Shown: positions 25,829 to 37,036, counted from the first letter of the whole stretch. The stretch: 63,915 nt of DNA, filler included, from Octopus bimaculoides (GCF_001194135.2; 5 parts of 5 records of this genome joined end to end with filler, not necessarily neighbours in it), one strand, 5' to 3'. The notes: generated by a model not told the origin, from the letters alone. Translations and numbers: made by a program.

Positions 25829-26174
25829 AAAGTGCTTAGGGCCCCTATAGGTCTTTATCCCGCTCTGCATACACATAACGCTCTCTGTCCTTCCCTCTCT
25901 GCAGATATACTCCCGGTGGCCATGTATATAATGTTTAATATTCCCCAAAAGACCAGCCTATAACTCCATCACCATCCCAAGCGCTGCTAACTATTGTCCT
26001 ATTGCATTGCCAGTATTTCAAAGGTAATTAGGGACAATCCTTATCAAAAACTGGGGACAATCATTATCAAAAACAACCTTCAACCATTTTGAATCTTATT
26101 CTCTCCTCAATGAGCACCAATACGACCTCCGTAAAAATCAAATCCACTGAAGGCATTCTACTCTTCTTTGCCAC

Positions 26175-26371
26175 TGACCAACTACTACGGCAGCTACTAC
26201 TACTACAACTACTACTACTGCTGCTGCTGCTGCTACAACTACTACTTATTACTTCTACTATTACTACTACTACTACTACTATTACTACTACTTACAACTA
26301 CTATTACTACTACTGCTACTAAAACTACTGCTTATTACTACTACAACTACTACTACTACTACTACTACTAC

Positions 26372-26432
<61 letters not shown>

Positions 26433-26615
26433 GTTGCTACTACTGCTATTGCTACTACTATCACCAGCACAAGCATAATCAGACCACCGTAGCCATCACA
26501 ACCAGCAGCATCACCACTTTTCGCATTACTACCATTACTACTACCACCAGCGCAAATATCACCATACTGCCACAACCTCCACCAACACCGCCGCCGCCAT
26601 CATTAATAATACTAA
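26175..26615. repeat. Compound (CTA)n, (TAA)n and (CCA)n array
   Basis: Directly visible. Confidence 0.95.
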
Positions 26616-26715
26616 NNNNNNNNNNNNNNNNNNNNNNNNNNNNNNNNNNNNNNNNNNNNTTAATTAATTAANNNNNNNNNNNNNNNNNNNNNNNNNNNNN
26701 NNNNNNNNNNNNNNN
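26616..26715. other. Assembly linker: 44 N + TTAATTAATTAA + 44 N
   Basis: Exactly 100 bp. The same construct occurs at 39320-39419, 53247-53346 and 62338-62437. The 12-mer has stops in all six frames. Confidence 0.95.
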
Positions 26716-26995
26716 TATTCACACGTATATTTATCTACATTCATATTTTTATACATATTTATATTTATATTTCGTATATTTATATTTTAAATTTTAAATT
26801 TATTATATTACCATGTCATATTGGATATATTATCTTTCGAAATATTAAATATTGATTTCCTGAGTATATTATTGATAAGTTTATGAATTTATTAATAATA
26901 TAAAAACACATATATACACATTTATTTGCTCAAAATAATTGAGCACTCAATATAAGTTCAGTTATATATTCTTTTAGAATATTACTTATAAAAGT

Positions 26996-27050
<55 letters not shown>

Positions 27051-28585
27051 ATATATATGTATGTATATACATATGTATATGTATATATGTATGTATATAT
27101 ATATATGTATATCTATATACACACACACATACACACACACACACATATGCACACACGCACACAAAAACGGGCATCTCCATAGTTTCCGAAGGCCTTTTGA
27201 AGGTTCAGAAGGCATTGATCGAGCGAGATCTAGAGTGAAATACATTTTGCCCAAGATACCGCGCTCTCGAACTGAACCTGCAACCACTTGCTTATAGAGC
27301 GAACTTCTTAAACAGTTTTATGGCATAACAGAGACGCAATGTACACAAGACTGCCTTGTTAAGGTTCGATCTGATAGACATGCACTACATAACATCTCTC
27401 TCAAACCTTATATTGATCGCCCAGCGTTCCTCTACTGTGAAATAGAATATATTAAGACGCATTTATATACCAGCATATATAAATATATTCATTAATTGAC
27501 AAGACAATACGGAATTTGTTTGTACATGAATCTGTGAAATATTGGAGATGTTTAATAATAATCATTTCTCGTAAATAAGTAATATACTCTCAAATGCCTC
27601 CTGACACAAACACATTCACTTCATTGAACATATAAACGTAAGGAAGAAAACATGTGTGTTTGTATGTATGTAAGTATATATATAAAAATACATATATAAA
27701 TATATATANNNNNNNNNNNNNNNNNNNNNNNNNNNNNNNNNNNNNNNNNNNNNNNNNNNNNNNNNNNNNNNNNNNNNNNNNNNNNNNNNNNNNNNNNNNN
27801 NNNNNNNNNNNNNNNNNNNNNNNNNNNNNNNNNNNNNNNNNNNNNNNNNNNNNNNNNNNNNNNNNNNNNNNNNNNNNNNNNNNNNNNNNNNNNNNNNNNN
27901 NNNNNNNNNNNNNNNNNNNNNNNNNNNNNNNNNNNNNNNNNNNNNNNNNNNNNNNNNNNNNNNNNNNNNNNNNNNNNNNNNNNNNNNNNNNNNNNNNNNN
28001 NNNNNNNNNNNNNNNNNNNNNNNNNNNNNNNNNNNNNNNNNNNNNNNNNNNNNNNNNNNNNNNNNNNNNNNNNNNNNNNNNNNNNNNNNNNNNNNNNNNN
28101 NNNNNNNNNNNNNNNNNNNNNNNNNNNNNNNNNNNNNNNNNNNNNNNNNNNNNNNNNNNNNNNNNNNNNNNNNNNNNNNNNNNNNNNNNNNNNNNNNNNN
28201 NNNNNNNNNNNNNNNNNNNNNNNNNNNNNNNNNNNNNNNNNNNNNNNNNNNNNNNNNNNNNNNNNNNNNNNNNNNNNNNNNNNNNNNNNNNNNNNNNNNN
28301 NNNNNNNNNNNNNNNNNNNNNNNNNNNNNNNNNNNNNNNNNNNNNNNNNNNNNNNNNNNNNNNNNNNNNNNNNNNNNNNNNNNNNNNNNNNNNNNNNNNN
28401 NNNNNNNNNNNNNNNNNNNNNNNNNNNNNNNNNNNNNNNNNNNNNNNNNNNNNNNNNNNNNNNNNNNNNNNNNNNNNNNNNNNNNNNNNNNNNNNNNNNN
28501 NNNNNNNNNNNNNNNNNNNNNNNNNNNNNNNNNNNNNNNNNNNNNNNNNNNNNNNNNNNNNNNNNNNNNNNNNNNNNNNNNNNNN

Positions 28586-28653
<68 letters not shown>

Positions 28654-29079
28654 TGTTGTTGTAGTAGTAGTAGTGGTGGTGGTGGTGGTGCAAGCAACAA
28701 CTGCAGCAATTAAACCAACAATCACAATATTCTTTTTTTCCTTAATGATGGGATCGATGTTGAAGACATAATCCATTAAAAGCACAACAATTAAATTATG
28801 ATAATCACCATTTTGAATTTTACAACGTTTTTTCTTTTTTATATTTCGGGTTGGGGAAAGACAGAAAAAAATCGCCGTAGGGTGATATTTACTTCTATAT
28901 AATGCTGAATTAAAATTAGTGTGGAGAAGGTTGATTGTATGATAATACAGGTATGGACTCCATATTTTTTGGAAAAATCATGAGAAGTGTTCCATGGCTA
29001 AACTTATTTTAGTTAATGCTGCTTTGATCAAGACAGAAAGACAGGGTTATATGCAGTCTGAGAATGACGAAATACTTAC

Positions 29080-29240
29080 CATTGTGCCATTTGGTTTTCA
29101 AATTCGTTTCAGAGTAGAGGATTGTAGGGAAATGGTCTGATTTCTCCCAATCACATGCTAGGAAACCTTCGTTGATAGTCAACCAACCGAGGTCTTCCGG
29201 GCAACCATCATACTTGTGTGATATATAGAAACGACGTTTG
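29080..29240 (-). CDS. Exon 4b: distal copy of duplicated exon 4 with intact donor
   Basis: TCTTTTCTTTCGCCCCAAACAACAG acceptor, phase 2 compatible with exon 3. Reads KRRFYISHKYDGCPEDLGWLTINEGFLACDWEKSDHFPTILYSETNLKTKWHN. G|GTAAGT donor at 29079-29074. 161 nt, same length as 4a. Confidence 0.8.
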
Positions 29241-29574
29241 CTGTTGTTTGGGGCGAAAGAAAAGACGGACCACTTTCAGCTATTGTTGTTGCTATTCTAC
29301 ATTGTTACAGTTACAAAGCAGTTAAGCATAAGAACCGATTTGAAATAAACTTACAAAACTTTTCTAATAACTTTAATCTATCATTCAACAGCTTCATGTC
29401 TCGAAATTGGAGCAAAATACAGCCTTATAGTTTATACATACATATACACAAATCTCAGGCATACACATTTAATTATTAGACATTAACCATGAAAAGATGA
29501 CAACAGAGGAGGGAGAAATTCTAACAAATTTATCCCTCCACTGTTGTCATCTTGCAATTAAATGATGAGGATAG

Positions 29575-29610
29575 TTTCAACGTTTCGGATACCAGTCCTT
29601 CATCAGAAGA
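29575..29610 (-). ncRNA. Minimal hammerhead-like motif with intact CUGAUGA/GAAAC core, in the intron upstream of exon 4b
   Basis: TCTT-CTGATGA-A-GGA ctggta TCC-GAAA-CG-TT-GAAA. Palindromic AACGTT stem III. Stem I pairs poorly. Confidence 0.55.
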
Positions 29611-31323
29611 GAGACAAAAAGAAGCAATAAAAGAAAGAGGAAAGGTGGATGTAAAAGAAAATACGTTTACACATACATGCATAGAAGCATATTTGCATAC
29701 ATACATATATACATGCACGCAGACATACTAACAGAGAGACAGACAAACAGATGAAAGATACAAAGATAGTAGCTATTCATCCAAATATTAGATTTCAAAG
29801 CATCACATAAAATGTACCCAAAGAATCCAATCTAGACTTATCAAAGACAAATATAAGGTAATTATATTGATTTCTAACGAAGGCACAATGTCAGGAATTT
29901 AACAGAGAGAGCGCATGGAATTTCGCGGGTTAATTTCTTTTAATCGATCCTGACATGTTGAAGAACAAAACTGATGCCCAGTGATATGAAAACTGTCCAC
30001 AAATATCAGTAATGATCACTGTGATAAATACCATTCACACCTGTGGTTGTCCACTTATATTATTTCTCTCCTGGAGACAAAAGTACATTTGGTTAGTTAT
30101 AATAAATATATTATAAGCGGACCCACTTCACTGAACATACTGATGAGATAAATATCTCTGTATTCAATAAGGCGTGAACAGCGTTGTTATAGGTATTGAT
30201 GTGGGTGGTGGTGGTGGTGGTGGTGGTGGTGGTGGTGGTAGAAGTGAGAGACCGAACAAGAATCTGAAATCGATTCATATTCACGAGGACTATGTGTGAC
30301 CCACCCACGGATCTTTGGCAACAAATCAGGTAATCGGCAAACTTGGTTGCTCTGTAGTTCACCCACCAAACATATGATCCAGATTTGACTCCCACCTCCG
30401 ATTTTCACTTCTTCAGTCCAATAAAAAAAAAACTGTCTTTAAGGACAGTGGTTTGATGGACACAGATGAGGTTAAAATAGCTGCGAAGAAATGGGTAGAA
30501 TAGTTGCATATCTGAGGTGTGTTTTAAGGGAGATCTGAGATTAGGGCCCAACGACGGTGTAAATGCTGGAACATCCGATATTGTTCCTTTATTTGATAAG
30601 GTTGAAACAAAAAAAAATGAAAAAGAAAAAAGATAGGAAGGAGTGAATATTATTTTCTTAGATACCATTTATCTGAAGAATTGACCAGATGGGTACGCCT
30701 GGAGTGTGTTCGATCCTAAGCCATCTTAAAAATTCTAAAAGCAAATATAAGCGTTTGTTAGTTATTAGATACAGTATACCCGAATAGAAAACAGAATAGC
30801 TATGGATGGAAGCCTCGGGATCATAGGCTCAGCTGAATTACAGCTCCCCTAAATAGCTCGGAAGTCGCCATCTGATGAACAGGCGCTGGGTTTAAATGTA
30901 CAAAACAATAGCAGAGAAGTCGTGTAGCCCAGAGCAGCCTTCATTTATGACATCTATTAATTCAGATCATTGCATTTCTAGATTGTATTATTCAATCCAT
31001 CATACTTCTTTATCTTATTATTATTTTTTTGTTTTTGATTTTTGGTTTTTTGTTGACAGCTGTAACTGCTATTTTTAGCATCTAAAAGGACGACACGATC
31101 CACTCAATAAATTCTTGAATTTATAGAGTTGTTTCCCTTGAAAATAAATTATCTCCGTTAGAATCAGCAAATTACCTCCCTTTGGCATATTAGGTGACAG
31201 AAAAATACGTTATCAACAATACTAGACGTATCGCTATAGATGTCAAAACAGATATTGAGTTGTCAGGTGGATTCGTTAGATTTTTTTCCAATGTTATTGG
31301 AGTTAACGCACAAAAATATTTTT

Positions 31324-31324
<1 letters not shown>

Positions 31325-31390
<66 letters not shown>

Positions 31391-31532
31391 CAGACAGAGA
31401 AGACAGACAGACGAACAGACAGACAGATAGATAGATACCTACCTACTTATCTGCCTACGTACCTACCTAACACACATACATACGTACATACATACATACG
31501 TACACACATACATACATACATACATACATACA

Positions 31533-31562
<30 letters not shown>
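31325..31562. repeat. (GATA)n, (GACA)n and (CATA)n tetranucleotide arrays
   Basis: Directly visible. Many further (CA)n, (TA)n, (CT)n, (CATA)n and (GATA)n tracts occur throughout, usually flanking N gaps. Confidence 0.95.
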
Positions 31563-31563
<1 letters not shown>

Positions 31564-33515
31564 GTAGCAAACTCATAAGAAGCGGAGAGAGAACGTAAGT
31601 TCGTTTGCCCGAACATGAGAAATTATTGATTTCTCATTGGTTAAAAATTACTGGCCATATACGAATTATGAACTTCGTTGAAGAAATCTTTCACGGGGTT
31701 ACGGTTCTATGATTCGTGTATGAGTAGTTATAAAACCCTGATTTTCGGCAAAATCTCCAGTGTTCGTTGGATGGCCACTCAAATCCACGACACCTACCCT
31801 TTTGAGTATAGGCTAATATATATGCCATGTTCAATACTCAAATCCGACAATATTGAATTGTCGTGAAACCTTATAGTTAGAATGAGAAATTAGTTAATAT
31901 AAAATTTAAGTCGTAATTCTCTACGACGAAATGATTTGGTTTCTAAATTTCTATAAATGTAAAAAAGATGTATATAACAAATTAATGTAGAAACTTAATT
32001 CCTTTTACTTCTCGTTTCTTTCAACTTGTTGAATTTATTTCTGTATATTAATTAAACTGTATTTTTTTATGTGTAACGGTCAAAAAAATATAATCCATAT
32101 CTTCAACATGCATGTACGTAATGAACGCACGTTCAGCGTCTTGGTTTGATACATCATAACATTTACGCAGCCTAAACTAGGAGTTATGCTTAGTGATAAA
32201 TACTTATAATTAAGTTATAAGTAACGAGATTATCATTATAGCTTTTAATTAATAAACAATGATATTTGTTATAACTTACGAATGAAAACATTGTAAATAA
32301 GATATAGTATATCTCACACTTCAACGACCTGTTGTGATAACCAACCACATAAAACATACATATATATATATGCATACATAGCTACCCACCTACCTACATG
32401 CATACATACATACATACATACACATACATACATACATACATACATACATACATGCACACATACATACATACATACATACATACATACATACATACATACA
32501 TGCGTAAAACTCAGCCTGTCACCAAAATGATAGAGAATGAATCACAAACGAAATTTGGGATGGAATGGTAATTGTGTTAATTTTATTTAGAAGCAATAGA
32601 TGACTTATGCTAAATGGNNNNNNNNNNNNNNNNNNNNNNNNNNNNNNNNNNNNNNNNNNNNNNNNNNNNNNNNNNNNNNNNNNNNNNNNNNNNNNNNNNN
32701 NNNNNNNNNNNNNNNNNNNNNNNNNNNNNNNNNNNNNNNNNNNNNNNNNNNNNNNNNNNNNNNNNNNNNNNNNNNNNNNNNNNNNNNNNNNNNNNNNNNN
32801 NNNNNNNNNNNNNNNNNNNNNNNNNNNNNNNNNNNNNNNNNNNNNNNNNNNNNNNNNNNNNNNNNNNNNNNNNNNNNNNNNNNNNNNNNNNNNNNNNNNN
32901 NNNNNNNNNNNNNNNNNNNNNNNNNNNNNNNNNNNNNNNNNNNNNNNNNNNNNNNNNNNNNNNNNNNNNNNNNNNNNNNNNNNNNNNNNNNNNNNNNNNN
33001 NNNNNNNNNNNNNNNNNNNNNNNNNNNNNNNNNNNNNNNNNNNNNNNNNNNNNNNNNNNNNNNNNNNNNNNNNNNNNNNNNNNNNNNNNNNNNNNNNNNN
33101 NNNNNNNNNNNNNNNNNNNNNNNNNNNNNNNNNNNNNNNNNNNNNNNNNNNNNNNNNNNNNNNNNNNNNNNNNNNNNNNNNNNNNNNNNNNNNNNNNNNN
33201 NNNNNNNNNNNNNNNNNNNNNNNNNNNNNNNNNNNNNNNNNNNNNNNNNNNNNNNNNNNNNNNNNNNNNNNNNNNNNNNNNNNNNNNNNNNNNNNNNNNN
33301 NNNNNNNNNNNNNNNNNNNNNNNNNNNNNNNNNNNNNNNNNNNNNNNNNNNNNNNNNNNNNNNNNNNNNNNNNNNNNNNNNNNNNNNNNNNNNNNNNNNN
33401 NNNNNNNNNNNNNNNNNNNNNNNNNNNNNNNNNNNNNNNNNNNNNNNNNNNNNNNNNNNNNNNNNNNNNNNNNNNNNNNNNNNNNNNNNNNNNNNNNNNN
33501 NNNNNNNNNNNNNNN

Positions 33516-33895
33516 CAAGCACTCTGTCGGTTACGACGCCGAGAGTTCCAGTTGATCCGATCAACGGAACAGCTTGCTCGTGAAATTAACGTGCAAGTGG
33601 CTGAGCACTCCACAGACACGTGTACCCTTAACGTAGTTCTCGGGGAGATTCAGCATGACACAGAGTGTGACAAGGCTGGCCCTTTGAAATACGGGTACAA
33701 CCGAAACAGGAAGAAAGACCGAGAGAAAGTTGTGGTGAAAGAGTACAGCAGGGTTCGCCATTACCCCGCTGCCAGAGCCTCGTGGAGCTTTAGTTGGTTT
33801 CACTCAATAAACATTCACAACTCCGGTCTGGGAATCGAAACCGCGATCGCATGACCGCGAGTCCGCTGCCTTAACCACTGGACCATTGCGCCTCC
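33516..33895 (-). mobile_element. SINE family B, reverse orientation
   Basis: Reverse complement of the 48061-48445 element. Confidence 0.9.
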
Positions 33896-34071
33896 ACTAC
33901 GGGCGAAATACGGCTAAGCATTTCGTCCAGCGTGCTAACGGTTCTGCCAGCTCACCGTTTTAATTGCTTGTATAGTAATATAAGCATGGAGTCCATAAAA
34001 AGTGTTCCGTGGCTAAATATATTTTGGGTAACGCTGTTCTGATTAGGACAATAAAAAAAGCTTATAAACTG

Positions 34072-34255
34072 TCATATGACGACGAAATACTTATCAAGTT
34101 GCCATCTGGTTTTCCTAACTGTTTGAGAGTAGAGAATTGTAGGGAAATGGTTTGATTTCTCCCAATCACATACAAGAAAATTTTCATTGATAATCAACCA
34201 ACCGAAGTCTTTCGGGCAACCATCATGTATGTGTGACACATAGAAACGACGTTTG
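34072..34255 (-). CDS. Exon 4a: proximal copy of duplicated exon 4, donor lost, reads through to a stop (alternative terminal exon or pseudo-exon)
   Basis: CAGCAG acceptor, phase 2. Reads KRRFYVSHIHDGCPKDFGWLIINENFLVCDWEKSNHFPTILYSQTVRKTRWQL. The position of the donor reads G|ATAAGT (34094-34089). The frame continues DKYFVVI to TGA at 34074-34072. Confidence 0.7.
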
Positions 34256-34569
34256 CTGCTGTTTGGGGGTGAAGGAAAATACGAAGCACTTTCAGTTATT
34301 GTTGTTTATTAATCTACACTGTTAGAATTACAAAGCAGTTAAGACTAAGTACTGAATTTCAATAAACTTACAAGACTTTCCCGACAACTTTAATCTATCG
34401 TTCAACTGCTTCTGGAGCAAAACATAGCCTTATAATTTATACATATGCAGACACAAATACTCATGAATACACATGTATTTATTAGGAATTAACGATATAA
34501 AGGTGAAAACAGGGTGGGGGATAAATTTTAACAATTATTGTATTAATCTTACGATGAAATTATTGGGAG

Positions 34570-34605
34570 GTCTAACGTTTCGGATGCTAGTCCTTCATCG
34601 GAAGA
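34570..34605 (-). ncRNA. Paralogous hammerhead-like motif (core CCGAUGA), in the intron upstream of exon 4a
   Basis: TCTT-CCGATGA-A-GGA ctagca TCC-GAAA-CG-TT-AGAC. Confidence 0.5.
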
Positions 34606-34671
34606 AAGAGAGGTAAAAATGAAAGAAGAAACTACGCTCATACAAAGAGGCATACCAGAGTATATGCATAC

Positions 34672-34704
<33 letters not shown>

Positions 34705-34944
34705 TATGTGTATGTATACATGCATGAATGCATACATACATACATGCATACATACATACATACAGAGAAAGAAGCATGCATACTTACACACAAACAGATC
34801 GACAGAGAAACAGACAGATAAAAGATACATACTTGGTAGCTATTTATTCAAATATTGAATTCCAAAGTATGACATAAAATATACCCAAATAATTCAATCT
34901 ATACTATGGTAATAATATTGATTTGTAACGAAGGCACAATGTCA

Positions 34945-35155
34945 GAAATTTAACATAGAGGTTACATAGAGGTTACATAGAAGTTAATAGAGGTTAAATT
35001 TAACATAGAGGTTAAATTTAACATAGAGGTTACATAGAGGTTAATAGAGGTTAAATTTAACATAAATGTTACATAGAGGTTAATAGAGGTTAAATTTAAC
35101 AGAAATGTTACATAGAGATTAATAGTGGTTAAATTTAACAGAAATTTAACATCGA
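34945..35155. repeat. Minisatellite of ACATAGAGGTT and AAATTTA units
   Basis: Interleaved units containing the palindrome GTTAAATTTAAC. Confidence 0.85.
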
Positions 35156-35268
35156 GGAATTTTACTTGTTTATTTTTTCATCGATCCCAACATGATGAGC
35201 AACAAAGAAGGATTCAAATTTAGCATACACCGGTAATTATGTTATATAAATTGATGATAACAACTTAC

Positions 35269-35432
35269 AAAGCTCCATTGATTGAGAAAACATTGGTTTT
35301 GCCTGGTGTTAAATCGTTCCATGGAGAACTTTTCAGGTTTTTGACTGAGAACCAGTTTTCAAGGGTTGTATTTCGTCTATCAAAGACCATAGTTACCACA
35401 GCTGTTTCGTTTTTGTATAGCACAAGTTTTAC
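35269..35432 (-). CDS. Coding exon 3 of the same gene
   Basis: CTTGTCTTTTATTCAG acceptor, phase 0. Reads VKLVLYKNETAVVTMVFDRRNTTLENWFSVKNLKSSPWNDLTPGKTNVFSINGA. Ends TT|GTAAGT, phase 2. 164 nt. Confidence 0.88.
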
Positions 35433-35967
35433 CTGAATAAAAGACAAGTTACATATACACACATACATACATACATACATACATACATACATACATACAT
35501 ACATACACACACACACACGCACACATACATACACACATGTTGTTTCTGGAGAGAGTCATTCTTTTTTAATGCCTTATTCATTAACACACGCACCGGTTCA
35601 ATTTCCACTCATTTACGATTTCTCTTTCCTAATATTTTCGTTGCTTCTTGCAACCTCTTCATTAGTTGTTGACCCTGTCCGTTAATGCAGCTCCGATAAG
35701 GGACAGATTCAACAACTATTGAAAAGGTTGCAAGAAGCAACGAAAATTTTAGGAAAGAAAAATAATGAGTGGAAATTGAACCGGTGAGTGTGTTAATGAA
35801 TAAGGCATTAAAAACAGAATGACTCTCCCCAGACACAACAAAATATATTTCAACACGCAAATTCATATAAAGAATCTTGCAAACCAAATACAAAAACGAA
35901 ATTTGTATGTATATATATTTGTATATATATATGTATATATATTTGTATGTATATATATATATTTCTA

Positions 35968-36272
35968 GTAGTTAGGGCATTCGGCTCACGAACGTAAGGT
36001 CGTGAGTTCGATTCCCGGCGACGCGTTGTGTCCTTGAGCAAGACACTTTATTTCACGTTGCTCCAGTCCACTCAGCTGGCAAAAATTAGTTATACCTGCA
36101 TTTCAGACGGCCAGCCTTGTCACACTTTGTGTCATGCTGAATCTCCCCGAGAACTACGTTAAGGGTACACGTATCTGTGGAGTGTTCAGCCACTTTCACG
36201 TTAATTTCACGAGAAAGCTGTTTCGTTGATTGGATCAGCTAGGACCCTCGTCGTCGTAACCGACGGAGTGCT
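35968..36272 (+). mobile_element. CORE-like SINE sharing the family B 3' tail
   Basis: tRNA-like head GTAGTTAGGG...GAGTTCGATTCCC, then GTGTCCTTGAGCAAGACACTT (CORE-like), then the same ~170-bp tail as family B. Confidence 0.85.
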
Positions 36273-36276
36273 CCTA

Positions 36277-36325
<49 letters not shown>

Positions 36326-36558
36326 CTAAAGCTCTCTCACTTTCTTATTTCTCTCTCTCTCTCTCTCTCTCTGTATATNNNNNNNNNNNNNNNNNNNNNN
36401 NNNNNNNNNNNNNNNNNNNNNNNNNNNNNNNNNNNNNNNNNNNNNNNNNNNNNNNNNNNNNNNNNNNNNNNNNNNNNNNNNNNNNNNNNNNNNNNNNNNN
36501 NNNNNNNNNNNNNNNNNNNNNNNNNNNNNNNNNNNNNNNNNNNNNNNNNNNNNNNNNN

Positions 36559-36800
36559 CCACTGTATTGTACTAAAGGTACCATCCACTTCATCTGAATT
36601 CACGACCAGGTACTGCAATAGCCTGGGGTGCAGCTCTTCATTGCCCTACCACCAAAATTAAGAAATCTACATTAGGTAGAAGTAGATGTCTTCAAAAAGG
36701 AACTAAACATTCTCCTGTCCACAATAGGGGATGAACCAACGGCCCGACATGAAGTACAGACGAGGGTAACGAAATTAAACTCCCTTATACACCAAATGGG
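36559..36800 (+). mobile_element. CR1/L2-group LINE ORF2 C-terminal fragment
   Basis: KVPSTSSEFTTRYCNSLG...LRNLH*VEVDVFKKELNILLSTIGDEPT....QTR...NSLIHQ. Confidence 0.65.
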
Positions 36801-37036
36801 CCAACAGCTGCAACAAAGGCACACACATGAGAAAAATAAACAAAAACCACGGTGGTGCTCCAGCATGACCGCAGCCGCATGGCTGAAACGAATAAAAGAA
36901 TATATTGTGCCCGCGCGTGTGTGTGAGTATCTGTGTGTGTGTGTATCTGTGTGTCTGTGTGAGTGTGTCCCCCATTTATGTATCATATTAATGTGAGCGT
37001 ATCCTCATACCTAATTTCTCTTCTGCATTTGTCCAG

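Larger units (their letters stand above)
28950..29990. repeat. Segmental duplication unit b (intron + exon 4b), paralogous to ~33985-35200
   Basis: Collinear similarity on both sides of the exon, e.g. AGTGTTCCATGGCTAAA vs AGTGTTCCGTGGCTAAA and GATTTCTAACGAAGGCACAATGTCAG vs GATTTGTAACGAAGGCACAATGTCAG. Confidence 0.9.
33985..35200. repeat. Segmental duplication unit a (intron + exon 4a)
   Basis: Same orientation as 28950-29990 and about 5 kb away. Contains an added minisatellite at 34945-35155. Confidence 0.9.

Noticed and set aside
25880-25965. Strong plus-strand acceptor CTCTCTGCAG followed by a short ORF
   Set aside because: Only ~19 codons, no donor and no partner exon; the pyrimidine tract is low-complexity.
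27390-27540. TTTCACAG acceptors at ~27445 and ~27530 (minus) as exon 5
   Set aside because: The resulting peptides (VEERWAINIRF..., DSCTNKFRIV...) have no support as a domain ending, and such acceptors are common by chance in AT-rich DNA.
30140-30160. CTGATGA followed by a hairpin as a hammerhead (also at 40925, 50926 and 59340)
   Set aside because: No correctly placed GAAA plus stem III and stem I partners.
30030-30200. A second copy of exon 3 upstream of exon 4b
   Set aside because: No similarity to exon 3 is visible; homology between the duplicated units fades at about 29990 and 35200.
34945-35155. Short palindromic repeats as a CRISPR-like array
   Set aside because: No unique spacers, eukaryotic context and no cas genes; it is a minisatellite.
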